A stretch of DNA of 63,064 nucleotides, filler included, from Chiloscyllium plagiosum (lineage: Eukaryota): the NCBI RefSeq assembly GCF_004010195.1. It is 6 parts of 2 records of this genome, joined end to end, with 100 filler letters (N's around TTAATTAATTAA, not from the genome) between each part and the next. Parts side by side here need not be neighbours in the genome. Positions count along the whole stretch, not along the records: positions 1 to 19,566 come from NC_057716.1; 5 more parts are not named here. One strand, given 5' to 3'. Position numbers and translations under genes: made by a program. Positions 1 through 11,952 of this stretch are shown piece after piece. Positions within the stretch are counted from its first letter, which is position 1; each line of letters begins with the position of its first letter. Under the pieces are notes generated by a model, which ran no database searches, was not told where the DNA came from, and was given only the letters and a program-made list of their open reading frames with translations.

Positions 1-271
1 TGGTGTTTTTTTTTCATCCGTGTGTAGGGCTACGAGGGAGAGGGTCGTGTCTTTTTGTGGCTAGCTGGTTTTCGTGTATCCTGGTGGCTAACTTTCTTCC
101 TAGTTGTCCTACATAGTGTTTGTGGCAGTCCTTGCATGGGCTTTTGTAGACGATGTTGGTTTTGTCCATGGGTTGTACTGGGTCTTTTAAGTTTGTTAGT
201 TTTTGTTTGAGAGTGTTGGTGGGTTTGTGTGCTACTAGGATTCCGAGGGGTCTTAGTAGTCTGGCTGTCAT
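1..271 (-). mobile_element. Penelope-like element fragment (GIY-YIG endonuclease region)
   Basis: ORF 14..271: NIVYKSPCKDCHKHYVGQLGRKLATRIHE matches the VY-C..C-YVGQT-R.L..RI.EH GIY-YIG signature of Penelope-like elements. Confidence 0.85.
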
Positions 272-1521
272 TTATTTAACCAGGCAGCACAGAGTCAGTG
301 CCCTAAACTGAGGAGACTCTGAATCTCTTTGTCATATATATATATATTTAACCAGACACAATAGAGTCAGTGCCCTAAACTGAGGAAACTGTAAATCTAC
401 TAGATATATAAATTTATTTAACCTGCCAGCCCACAATCAGTGCCCTAATCTGAGGAGTCTATAAAAATCCTGGTTATATATATTTAACCAGAGATCACAG
501 AATCAGTGCCCTTAACTGAGGAGACACTAAATCTCGTAGTTGCATATAACCAGCCAGCACAGAGTCAGTGCCCTAAAATGAGCAGACTCCAAATGTCCTG
601 GTTACATATATTTATTTAACTCACCAGCAGAAAGTCAGTGCCCTAAACTGAGAAGACTCTAAATCTCCTAGTTATATATATTAAACCATCCAAAACACAG
701 TCAGTGCCCCAAACTGAGGAGACTCTAAATCTACTAATTATGTATATTTATTTAACCAGCCAGCAAAATGTCAGTGCCCTAAATTGTGGAGAATTTAAAT
801 CTCCTGGATATACATGTTTATTTAACCATCCGGCACAGAGTCAGTGCTCTAGACTGAGAAGAATCTGAATCTCGTGGTTTGACATATTAATTTAACTAGC
901 CAGTAGAAAGTCAGTGCCCTGAACTGAGGAGACTCTAAATCTCCTGGTTATATTTAATTAACCAGCTCATTATATATATTAAACAGACAGAACAGAGTCA
1001 GTGCCCATAACTCAGTAAAGTCTAAATCTCCTGGTTATGTACATTTAAATACACAGCACAGAGTCAGTGCCCTAGAAAGAGGAGACTCTAAATCTCCGAA
1101 TTATATATATTTATTTAACCAGCCAGAACAATGCTGGTGCTCGAAACTGTGGAGAATTTAAATCTCCTGGATATGGATGTTAAGGGCACTGAATCTGTGA
1201 TGTCTAGTTAAATATATATAACCAGAATATCTATAGACTCCTCAGATTAGGGCACTGACTGTGGGCTGGCAGATTAAATAAATTTATATATCTAGTAGAT
1301 TTACAGTTTCCTCAGTTTCGGTCTCAGACTATGTGCTGTATAGATAAATACGTATATATAAACAGGAGATTTAGAGTCTCCTCACTTAAGGGCATTGACT
1401 CTCAGCTGCTGTTTAAATATATACAACCTGGAAATTCAGAGTCTCCTTAGTTTAGGGCACTGACTCTATGCTGTCTGGTTAAATATATATATATATATAT
1501 ATATATGACAAGGAGATTCAG
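272..1521. repeat. ~66-70 bp satellite array; ~13 forward units (272-1179) then ~5 inverted units (1180-1521)
   Basis: Core CAGTGCCCTAAACTGAGGAGACTCTAAATCT recurs at ~296, 368, 438, 504, 566, 636, 702, 772, 842, 912, 999, 1065, 1135; reverse complement GGGCACTGA recurs from ~1184 to ~1455. Confidence 0.92.
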
Positions 1522-2352
1522 ACCAAAGGGGTAGCCATGGGCACACTATGGGCCCCAGCTATGCCTGTCTCTTTGTTGGCTACGTAGAGCAGTTGATCTT
1601 CCGTAATTACACCGGCACCACTCCCCACCTCCTCCTCCGCTACATTGTTGACTGCATTGGCACTACCTCGTGCTCTCGTGAGGAGGTTGAGCAATTCATC
1701 AACTTCACCAACACATTCCACCCTGACCTTAAATTTACCTGGACCATCTCTGACACCTCCCTCCCCTTCCTGGACCTCTCCATCTCCATGACCGACTTGA
1801 CACTGACATTTTTTACAAACCCACCGACTCCCACAGCTACCTGGCTTACACCTCTTCCCACCCTACCTCTTGCAAAAATGCCATCCCGTATTCCCAATTT
1901 CTCCGCCTCCGCTGTATCTGCTCCCAGGAGGACGAGTTCCACCACAGAACACACCAGATGGCCTCCTTCTTTAGATACCGCAATTTCCCTTCCTACGTGG
2001 TTAAAGATGCCCTCCGACACATGCCCCGTGGCCCAACATTTCAACTCCCCCTCCCACTCTGCCGACGACATGGAGATCCTGGGCCTCCTTCACCGCTGCT
2101 CCCTCACCACCAGACGCCTGGAGGAAGAACACCTCATCTTCCGCCTCGGAACACTTCAACCCCAGGGCATCAATGTGGACTTCAACAGTTTCCTCATTTC
2201 CCCTTCCCCCACCTCACCCGAGTTCCAAACTTCCAGCTCAGCACTATCCCCATGACTTGTCAGGACTTGTCCTACCTGCCTATCTCCTTTTTCACCTATC
2301 CACTCCACCCTCTCCTCCCTGACCTTTCACCTTCATCCCCTCCCCCACTCAC
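1520..2352 (+). mobile_element. Penelope-like retroelement, RT remnant with internal deletion
   Basis: QTKGVAMGT.MGPSYACLFVG...LRYIVDC (degenerate YIDD) is a PLE RT; the sequence then jumps at ~2018 to the C-terminal PVAQHFNS...RRLEEEHLIFRLGTLQP segment. Confidence 0.85.
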
Positions 2353-2768
2353 CCATGAACACCAACTAGCCACGAAACGACATGACCATCTATCCTTAGC
2401 AGCCACACACGCAGATGACAAGCAACATGAGTTTGACTGGGGCAACACTACTATTATAGGACAAGCCAAATAGAGAACAGCCAGGAAATTCCTATAGGCA
2501 TGGCACTCATCCACAGATTCTATCAACAAACACATCGACCTGGACCCAATATACCGGCCACTGCAGCGGACAGCTGGAACTGACAACCGGAAGCGGCAGA
2601 TACAAACCACTATAAATGCCGGAGGAAACATCACAGAAGTGCTCAACAGGAGGCTCCCAAGCACTGAGGATGTCACCTAGACAGGGGAGAAAACTTTTGC
2701 AACACAAATTCCCAGCTCGGCGAACAGAACTACAACAATGAGCACCCGAGCTACAAATCTTCTCCCAA
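2353..2768 (+). mobile_element. 3' end/pLTR of a second Penelope family (same family as 1-271)
   Basis: HEHQLATKRHD..HEFDWGNTTIIGQA shares the LATKRHD motif with 14..271; followed by a hammerhead-like core. Confidence 0.8.
2655..2703 (+). ncRNA. Hammerhead ribozyme-like core (degenerate) in Penelope pLTR
   Basis: CTGAGGA (2664-2670), short stem-loop TGTCACCT-AGAC-AGGGGA, then GAAAA (2689-2693); CUGANGA...GAAA arrangement. Confidence 0.6.
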
Positions 2769-3602
2769 AAATTGGAGAATTCATGCAGATGCCATTAAAT
2801 TCAAAGTGGGAGAACTGGGGCAGGATAACACACAATGGGAGAGTTGGTGCAGTTCCAGGATTTGTGCAGGATTGGAAAATGGGAGAAATAGCCATAAATA
2901 GAGTAATACAATCATAGAGATTTACAACACAGAAACAGATCCTTCGGTCTATCTTGTCCATGACACAATTTAGAATTCTGGCAGCGCTCCACTAAATTGG
3001 AGAACCATTGCAAGGAACTACTTACTGGGAGAAATGGGCAAGGGCTTATCGAAATGTGAGAAATGTAACAGGGCATCAGATAATGGGAGAATTGGTGCAG
3101 TGNNNNNNNNNNNNNNNNNNNNNNNNNNNNNNNNNNNNNNNNNNNNNNNNNNNNNNNNNNNNNNNNNNNNNNNNNNNNNNNNNNNNNNNNNNNNNNNNNN
3201 NNNNNNNNNNNNNNNNNNNNNNNNNNNNNNNNNNNNNNNNNNNNNNNNNNNNNNNNNNNNNNNNNNNNNNNNNNNNNNNNNNNNNNNNNNNNNNNNNNNN
3301 NNNNNNNNNNNNNNNNNNNNNNNNNNNNNNNNNNNNNNNNNNNNNNNNNNNNNNNNNNNNNNNNNNNNNNNNNNNNNNNNNNNNNNNNNNNNNNNNNNNN
3401 NNNNNNNNNNNNNNNNNNNNNNNNNNNNNNNNNNNNNNNNNNNNNNNNNNNNNNNNNNNNNNNNNNNNNNNNNNNNNNNNNNNNNNNNNNNNNNNNNNNN
3501 NNNNNNNNNNNNNNNNNNNNNNNNNNNNNNNNNNNNNNNNNNNNNNNNNNNNNNNNNNNNNNNNNNNNNNNNNNNNNNNNNNNNNNNNNNNNNNNNNNNN
3601 NN

Positions 3603-4037
3603 GCTCTGTTTCTCATAGCATGACAACTTATGTAAATAAGATTTCTTTTTCAAGGAATACCATTGGATTAGCCTGTTCTCAATTTTATCACCACATTACA
3701 GTTGATTGGATTTTTCTTGTAATTAAGAGCCCTTTCCCAGGAAATAAGATTGGATTAACTTGCTGGAAATCATGTCACCTTACTATATGTGATAGGTCTT
3801 TTTTGTAATTAAAGCTGTACTATTTCTTAAAGAACATATAATGTGTAATTTTCAAATGTAATTGTGCAACTTCACCACGGAACACAGAAGTTTCAATCTC
3901 TGTGTTGCTGGACAGAATTGCGTCAAGGTACTTTAATTCAATAAACTAATGGCCCTTGCTTTTTGAACAGACCACGTGTCAATTCTTTTGACCGATCTTG
4001 AACCAAGAAGCCCCTCTTGAGGGGTCTCGGTTCTTCA
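3603..4037 (+). mobile_element. ERV-A 5' LTR (partial; 5' part lost in gap)
   Basis: Aligns by eye with ~12165-12586; AATAAA at ~3939; ends ...TTCTTCA just before the PBS. Confidence 0.85.
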
Positions 4038-4040
4038 TTT

Positions 4041-4058
4041 TGGTGCTGTGACACGTTT
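4041..4058 (+). promoter_or_regulatory. Primer-binding site, tRNA-His-like
   Basis: TGGTGCTGTGACACG vs the complement of the tRNA-His 3' end TGGTGCCGTGACTCG (13/15), 3 nt after the LTR end. Confidence 0.75.
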
Positions 4059-4547
4059 TCGGCTCGGACAGATTGTGAACAGTGTAAGAGTTAAATGTCC
4101 TTCACTATTGAGTATTTTAAGAGCGTTTGGTTTTCCTCTCATTCAAGTGGTACCTGAGATGACCCCTCCCTGTTTGTTTTCCAGTCCAGCCCGAAAGGAT
4201 CAGTCTTATCAAGGGTTGGGTCTGGGGGACTTCTTAAATGTTAAAAAAAAGAGATTAATTGAAGTTGAAGATGCTTTGGTACTTACGGACAGTGGTCTTC
4301 GAAAATTGCTCAACTCTGAGGGGAGGGTTGAAATCTGAATTCCCAAACCTTGTTAATTTTTGGGTTTTAAAAAAAACTTTCCAGGTTGTACAGAAATCGG
4401 ATGTTTGTATTTTCAGCAGTATTTTCGGAAGCTGTTGCCCTCAACATTTCCAATAAAGAAGTTCGATATTTAAAGTGTTTAGGGAGGGAAGAGGTCCCCA
4501 GTTTTTAATGATAGTTTATTATTAATATAATAAAATATAATACTTAA

Positions 4548-5143
4548 TGTAAGGTATCGGGTTAAAATTATGCAGAATAAGGGAACAGGTGTTGCTTCTG
4601 CAAAAGCTTACATTATAAAATTAGGCTGCGTATGCAAATTCTCAACAATGAGAAGCAAAAACAGGTAGAATTATCTCTGACTAATAGGGCAGAGCGACCG
4701 TGTAGCAGGATGTACCAGTAACAGGAGAATAGTGTGTCAGTCTCAGGAGGATGTGGCCAATGGATGGAATTTAGTTTGGCAGGATGATCGCATGAAGATA
4801 GCAAACTATGCCAGGATAGTCACATATAAGGAATGAGATAAATAAGAGTAAGGGGCGACATCCTGAGAGGAATGGGAGAAGTAAACAGAGGCGGAGAGAA
4901 GCTAGACAAAGGTGGAGTGAAGCTAGAGCTTTTGATAGGCTACGCGCTACAGCAAAAGTAACCAATGGGGTGAAAGGGGAGGATGGAGAGATGCAGCTGA
5001 GCAGCATCAATCAGAATGTAACCCTCAGACCGGGGTGCTTACTCGGTTGGCACCCGTTCTTGCAAGTACATATCAATAAAATTCGCTGCTTCAGAATTTG
5101 ACTTGGACTGAAAATTATTAATATGTGAGTTTTGTTTCTCACA
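4548..5143 (+). mobile_element. Solo LTR of an unrelated family inserted in the ERV-A leader
   Basis: TGT...ACA termini, perfect 5-bp TSD CTTAA (4543-4547 / 5144-5148), AATAAA at ~5075. Confidence 0.85.
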
Positions 5144-5328
5144 CTTAATAATTTAATAAATAAACTCAATACTTCAGTTGATTTTTTTAAATGAAGTTAT
5201 ATCGTAATATTTTATAATAAAAGTTAAGTTTTTTAAAAAAGGTTTTGTGAAATAATTAGTCTTTGTAGAAGTCTGATTAGTGAGTAATTTTTTTTAAAAA
5301 ATTAATTGCTCTAATACTGAAGTAATTT

Positions 5329-5635
5329 TGGTTAGCACTGCTACCTCACAGCGCTAGAGACCCGGGTTCAATTCCCGCCTCAGGCGACTGACTGTGTGGA
5401 GTTTGCACATTCTCCCTGTGTCTGCGTGGGTTTCCTCCAGATGCTCTGGTTTCCTCACACAGTCCAAAAATGTGCAGGTTAGGTGAATTGGCCATGCTAA
5501 ATTCCCCGTAGTGTTAGGTGAAGGGGTAAATGTAGGAGAATGGGTCTGGGAGGGTTGCGCTTCGGCGGTTCAGTGTGGACTTGTTGGGCTGAAGGGTCTG
5601 TTTCCACCCTGTAAGGAATGTAATGTAATGTAATC
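5329..5635 (+). mobile_element. HE1-like V-SINE (tRNA-derived)
   Basis: GGTTAGCACTGCT..CTCACAG head, B-box GGTTCAATTCC, V-domain GTGTGGAGTTTGCACATTCTCCC..GGGTTTCCTCC, (AATGT)n tail. Confidence 0.9.
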
Positions 5636-7411
5636 ATGTACATAGACAGAACAAATGATCCATCATCAGTTGGTGAAATTATGTGTAAAATTTCCCTAAA
5701 AGTCTGGGGCCTTTAGAAAACTTTTGGATGTCTAAACAAAACATTGGATGATGAAGAATGGCCATTAGGTGTCCTTAAATCTGTCCAATTGGTTAAATCA
5801 GCTCAGCAATTGACTTGGCAACATAACATGGGAGTGGGAACGAAAGTGTTAATTGGACTATGGCAACAGTTTTGTGATGAGAGGCACAAAGAATCAGTTT
5901 TGTGCCCGTGGCAGGATACTGCTACCAAATTGGGGATTGAATTAACTGCAAATGGTGCTATGAAGTCTGTTGAGGCTCTTAACAGTGAACGTGCTCAAGC
6001 AAAACAATGACTGAATCAAAAGGAGAAGTTACAAGTGACTGGTTAAAAAACACAGCACTGTGCAGTTAAATGGTTGGCTGTACTTTTAACGAGGAAGACA
6101 ATGATAATTCGGATTTAGATGAGTAGTGTTCTTTTTTTGTGGCTCCCATTTCAAACTCTTCCTTACAGGCTGCTCAGTCTTTGGAATGTATAGCTGTTTT
6201 ACTTAATTCTCAATAACTTTACTGCTTTCGCTAATGCTGTAGACCAGGAACAATGCCAATAAAATATTCTCGATGCTGCATCGGTTATATTTGCAAAGCC
6301 TATTGACTTTACAAGTATCCTTGAACTGCACCCCAAAATAAGGAGTCTGCTGAGGATTTTTTTGGAACATTTTAGATAATTTTCTGAGTCCTATTCCGGT
6401 GATCAGGTTTGGAATTTAAATGCTATTAATGCTCAGTATAATTCTATGCTATTAAACTGCCTGTCTCTCTCTGTAGTTACAGCAGTCTAAACAAACAATC
6501 TAGGCTGGGTTGAAGCCTCCCCTAATCAACTCCATCGTTCTATTAGGGCCTTGTGGAAGAGGCAGAGGATGAATCACCAGTTTTTCACAAAATAATCCCT
6601 CTTCCCCACTCAAAGGTTCGATGGTTGGCCACTCATTAGTTTTGTTGTACCTGTTGCATCTGTTCAGCTTGGCTTGTCTTGCTTTGTTGCTTTTTTTGTT
6701 CGTTTAGGTGATTATTCTTTGTTTATGGAATATGGAAGGTGGCTGTTGTTCTTTCTTGATGTGTTAAAAGATAAGGCTGGCCAGTGGTAACCATTCTTTC
6801 ACACTTGGTTAAGCAATGATGCCACAGCCAGGATTTATCAGACTAAACTCCCAAGCTAAAAACTGTGATATGGTGTGTGTGTGTGTGTGAGAGAGACAGA
6901 GCAAAAAGAGCTGTACAGCTAGTAGCAAGTTTAACCCTTTGTGATTCGGTTTGTATGCACATTTGGTGATTGAATGTTTGTACTTTGTTCCCTGGAGCTT
7001 GAGAACCGGGACTATTTTGAATCTGATTTCTATTATGGAAATTTAACATGATTTCTTTTAAGGTTATGGATTTTTCAGTGATTACTCAATAAATTTTAGA
7101 ATGAAAAGTGACATTACTGGCCAGTTGAAGAAATTCTGCAAATGATTGGGAGATATATATCAGATGAAACTCCCAAAAGCTGGGGAAGTGACTGTGAATG
7201 GGTGTATATATGTAAGAGAAATTAGGAATGACATTAGAAAACAATGTAAGGCCATTAAGGTTGAGGAATATATAAACAAGGTTAAAGCAACAATACTGTC
7301 AAATAAAATAAACTTACGCTCGGGATTCCAAGTAGAATCTATTTCTGGCATACCAACCCTTTTTGAGGATTGGGATTTGGTTCCTGTATACCTGCTGAGC
7401 CCTGTGGCTAT

Positions 7412-7700
7412 GTAGTTGGCACTGCTGCCTCACGGTGCTAGGGTCCCGGGTTTAATGCCAGCTTTGGATGGCTGTCTGTGTGGAGTTTGCACATTCTCCC
7501 TGTGTCTGTGTGGGTTTCCTCTGGGTGCTCCGGTTTCTTCCCACAGTCCAAAGATGTGCATGTCAGGTGAATTGGCCATGCTAACCTGCCTGTAGTGTTA
7601 CGTGCATTAGTCAGAGGGAAATGGGCATAGGTGGTTTATTCTTCATAGGATCGGTGTGGACTTGTTGGGCCTGTTTCCGCACTGTAGGGAATTGAATCAT
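7412..7700 (+). mobile_element. HE1-like V-SINE
   Basis: Same head and V-domain as 5329-5635, more diverged. Confidence 0.85.
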
Positions 7701-10611
7701 CTCCTTATTGTCCCCAGCCTTAATTTAAAGCATCCACTTGTTGAACCTTTTCCTTCTTTTAAAAAATGAAGCATCCAGTACAAACCAGTCCAGGAATTTC
7801 CAGTCACAATTGAGGTGAGCGATGGTTTTCTATTGGGATGGCCAGAACCGGACTGAACCATGATGCAAGTTACAGGTAAAACAAATTATATTCAGCGTCC
7901 TCGCGGTCCCAAAGGGTAGATTTGAACCAGGATATCCACTAGGGGTGGACCCTACCTCATGTACCTACTCGATGACCACTGCTGGGCAACCTTTTTCTGA
8001 GGGGACTCTGAAAATGGGGACAGGTAGGCCCCAGCATTTCACCTGTGAGACTGGTAACAAAACATCAAAAACCCTCAGGGGCAAATGTCTGGCCCTTGCT
8101 TTAGCCGTTGAAATGTGGCCAATGGGGAGTAATGTGTCTTTAATGTTATCTCGGAGCCTACGTTGGGAATCGACATGCTTTCATCCTAACAAAAGGAAAA
8201 TCTACTAATATACACTGACCCTTCATTGTGCTTTTAATATGATTCACGATTTTGAAGCCTTGTGGGAACATTGAGGATTGTTAACTCCCAAGGGCGGGCA
8301 GCATTATAGTAATGCTATTTTGTCCAATCAATCTGACAGTTATCAAGATATCTGGCTCATGCTGATGAAACTGATACTGTTTCTAAAGTAGTGGGCAGGC
8401 ATATGTGGCTGCCAAGTAGGCAGCCTTACACCCCAAACTTCTGATCCCATTGGGTTCCCAGCAAAACCCAGTTAAACACAGTATAAGGACGAGAATTGCT
8501 AGACCTGGGTAAGGTGCAAAAATCACGGGGGAATGATACTGTCAGTTCAGTGCCAATTCACAATGTAGAGGCTGATTGCTCTATTGCTGACTGACTGTAA
8601 TCATACAGGTTTAGTGTTTGGATTGTTTTCAATATTGTTTTGAAATTTGGAAGTAATTTGCAAATTTCCATTTCTGAAATAATTACAGGCACTTTATGCT
8701 ACAATCTATGACTGACTGAATTATCAAGTGATTTGATTTCATACATGGACGCTAAGCCTAAATATCTTTGCTTTGTGTATGGAGCTTATATGAATACACA
8801 CTGGTTGTTTTGATTTATTTCTGGATTGGGCTGTTAGTTCTAAGAGGCAGTGCCTGGCTGAGCTATGATCTTCATGTAGATATTTAGTACTGAACAGTGA
8901 TGGTTTATAATTTTAAGATGGTACCAAGATCTAAATTCTAGGGTTAGCTCAATATTAGAGAGGTTTCAGTGTGATTTGAAAGCTTTGTGTCATGTTCCCA
9001 TAATTTGGGGACAGCATTGCCCTCCAGCCAATGCTCATTACCAACGTTTCTGTTCAAAGTCACTATCAGGTTTCTGCACTTAACTCTAATTACTGTTAAC
9101 TAAAGCTGTAGATTGGGCACAAGATTAATGATTTTTTTAAAAAAAATACAATATTTTGCAGAACGAATCTAAATTTTATAGATGTTTTTAGTAGGGAAAC
9201 TTCATAGAGTATTACATCCCAGCAAAGCTGGATTTATAAAAATAGGTTTGCTTAATTCACCTATGGCTAGGCTTCTCCATATAAAATAAGAAAATAATTT
9301 GTAGGAAGGGAATCCCTAGTGAATAGTTTAAAATGAACGAGCGTTTTGCCAATATGGGCAATATATTTACTCCAGTCGGATATTTGAGTTTGAATAATTT
9401 GAGAATTATTTACTCCAAAATTGCTGTTAGGGCTTCTACCTGCTGAAGAGCACAAATTATGGCCTCAAATAGGGTCCTCCCGTGATACTCAGACCAGAAT
9501 ATGGGTGACCCCTACTAGATTAGTTTGTGTTACTTCTTTGCTGCTGCCTATTTTAATTGAATATTTGTATATTGTATATACTTATATACAAGGAGGAAAT
9601 GGTTTAGACTTTATTACAATGGACACTCTGCGATCTCCAACCTTGCAAGGGGGGGGATGATAAAGATAGAACTTGACCTGCTGTGTGGACTTGCCATTGC
9701 CAGCATTGGTGCACAAGAAGGGACAGTTTCCCTGTGAGATCCTGAGCAAAGAGAGACTGTGTACCAACTCTGCTAGGAAGATGTCCTCGTGTGCCGAAAG
9801 ACTGAAAGTTTACAAGAAAAACTTTTGCAGTGGTCAACGACATTAAAAAAAAGTTAATTTACACAACAAGTCTAAATGGTCTTTATCCTGTAAAGGTGTT
9901 ATGTACCAGTTTGATTACATTTGTACTCTGGGCATTCCTGGTAAGCCTTATCCCCTTTCAGATAGATCACGTAGTAAAAAAGAGACAAAGGGGACGATGT
10001 TTCTAGAAACTCATTAAAAAAAGGTTTTGCAGAGGATGAAGTACTTCAGTAAGAGACTCCCTGACCCCTTTTATCCTTCCAAATCCTAACACAGGGGTAT
10101 GGAATAGTACTACAGTATTTACAGGGTGTAATATCTTGTTAGTTATTACCTCTCCCCACCTGCTACTTGTTTATGGACTTCCTCCAATAATTTGCAATAA
10201 ACTATTCAAATTGCTGTAATGGTAAGGGGTGGGAGTGCAATTATATAAGAATGCCTAATGTTTTTTCTCCTGTGCTATGAAAAAATGTATTAGTCGCCAC
10301 TGCTTTTCTGAAGGACCTCACATCTCATGTGTATGCCTTAACGAAAAATGTATCCCTATTACCACTGGAATTCAAACTCTATGTGAAGAGGGTAATAACA
10401 CCCACCTTCATTATGATACCCCTAACAGCACTAATATTTTCCCAATTATTGGATGAGTCTAACAATTTAGGGGTGTTGACCATGTTTCTTATTAAGAAAC
10501 TCACCTCATTAGATTAGATGATTTTCACCCTCAGCTCCCAGGGCAAAATTATGTAATCGTAGATTATCCACATACCCCAAAAAGTCATTAACATTGGCCC
10601 GCTTCTTACTT

Positions 10612-11118
10612 AGAACAAAGAACATAGAACATTACAACACAGTACAGGCCCTTTGGCCCTCGATGTTGCGCAGACCTGTCATACCAATCTGAAGCCCATC
10701 TAACCCACAGTATTCCATGTACGTCCATATGCTTGTCCAATGACAACTTAAATATACTTTATGTTGGCGAATCTACTACCGTTGCAGGCAAAGCATTCTC
10801 TTACTACTCTCTGAGGAAAGAAACTACCTCTGACATCTGTCCTATATATATCACCCCTCAATTTAAAGCTATGCCCCCTCGTGCTCGCCATCACCATTCT
10901 TGGAAAAGGCTCTCCCTGTCCACCCTATCTAACCCTCTGATTATCTTATATGTTTCTATTAAGACACCTCTCAACCTTCTTCTCTCTAATGAGAACAGCT
11001 TCAAGTCCCTCAGCCTTTCCTTGTAAGACCTTCCCTCCATACCAGGCAACAGCCTAGTATATCTCCTCTGCATCCTTTCCAAAGCTTTCACATCCTTCTT
11101 ATAATGCGGTGACCAGAA
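10612..11118 (-). mobile_element. CR1 LINE 3' end inserted in the ERV-A env region
   Basis: FWSPHYKKDVKALERMQRRYTRLLPGMEGRSYKERL..LFSLERRRLRG is the CR1 ORF2 C-terminus; tail repeat at ~10612-10632. Confidence 0.9.
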
Positions 11119-11364
11119 GGGTCTAAACCAGGATTTTGTTTCAGTCATAATAAAGCATCTGCCTTGTCCTAAATGAAGCAAGTACTCCTTGTGCCGTAAG
11201 CTGTAGGAACACTCCTTCCAACTCCTGTTCCCTGTCCAATTACCTCGCAATGAGACTTGAATTCCCCTTTTAAACATACAGTTTCTCCTGACTTCTGTGC
11301 AGAATGGAGGAATCCAAAGACTATATCAAGAAGTAAAACACACTCATTGTCATAGTGTTCTTTC

Positions 11365-11760
11365 ATGAGGAGAGTCCTTAAGAATTATCTCATTTGCGGA
11401 CTCCCGATTTTGAGAAATGAGACAACTGCTGCCTTAATAGAAATTAGGGACATGCTTTCAGAATTGTGCCTATTTGCCCAACAAAACCGCTCTGCCCTTG
11501 ATTATATACTTGTGAAGGAAGGTGGAGTCTGTGCTATAGTTAAAGCAAAATGCATTATGGGGGTCACTGATCTCATTGAAAACATTACTAGACATGTTGA
11601 TAATATTCACACTCTTGTCAACCAAATGAATGAAGGTGCGGGATGGGGAGATTGGGGTCTTGGCTCATGGTACAACTGATTAATTAATATGGTTATGTAT
11701 GGTGTTATTGTTTTAATTAGTCCTTTTGGTATTGCTTGAGTTAAGCGTATTATTGCGAAA
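11365..11760 (+). pseudogene. env: ERV-A env TM subunit remnant (gamma-type)
   Basis: QQNRSALDYILVKEGGVCAIVKAKC = immunosuppressive domain plus CX6C(C); then WGDWGLGSW and a hydrophobic TM segment with in-frame stops. Confidence 0.85.
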
Positions 11761-11941
11761 ATATTAACTTCTATTGACAATATTGGTTCCATCCAGAAAG
11801 TGCTGCTTCTTTACTTAAATTATGATGAGAAACAGCATTGGCTGCCCTTGGTTCCCCCTCGGAGGAAGAGGAAGTCTTTTGCTGCCATTGAATTGGATTA
11901 ATTTGATGGTGTGGCCTTTGTGGTGTGGTCATAGAATGACC

Positions 11942-11952
11942 AAAGGGGGGAA
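11942..11952 (+). promoter_or_regulatory. Polypurine tract
   Basis: AAAGGGGGGAA immediately 5' of the TG that starts the LTR. Confidence 0.85.

Larger units (their letters stand above)
4038..11952 (+). mobile_element. ERV-A internal region, heavily degraded class I (gamma/epsilon-like) endogenous retrovirus
   Basis: PBS, gag-like remnants ~5.65-6.6 kb, RNase H remnant ~8205-8295 (IYTD..AFNMIHDFEALWEH*GLLT), env TM 11365-11760, PPT and downstream LTR. Confidence 0.8.

Noticed and set aside
2912..3808. Long ORFs spanning N-runs (also 12827-13992, 31351-32187, 37656-38629, 40077-40734, 51158-51994, 59788-60505)
   Set aside because: Their length comes from X residues in gaps
5329..5400. tRNA gene
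   Set aside because: A/B-box-like head belongs to an HE1-like SINE; no complete cloverleaf
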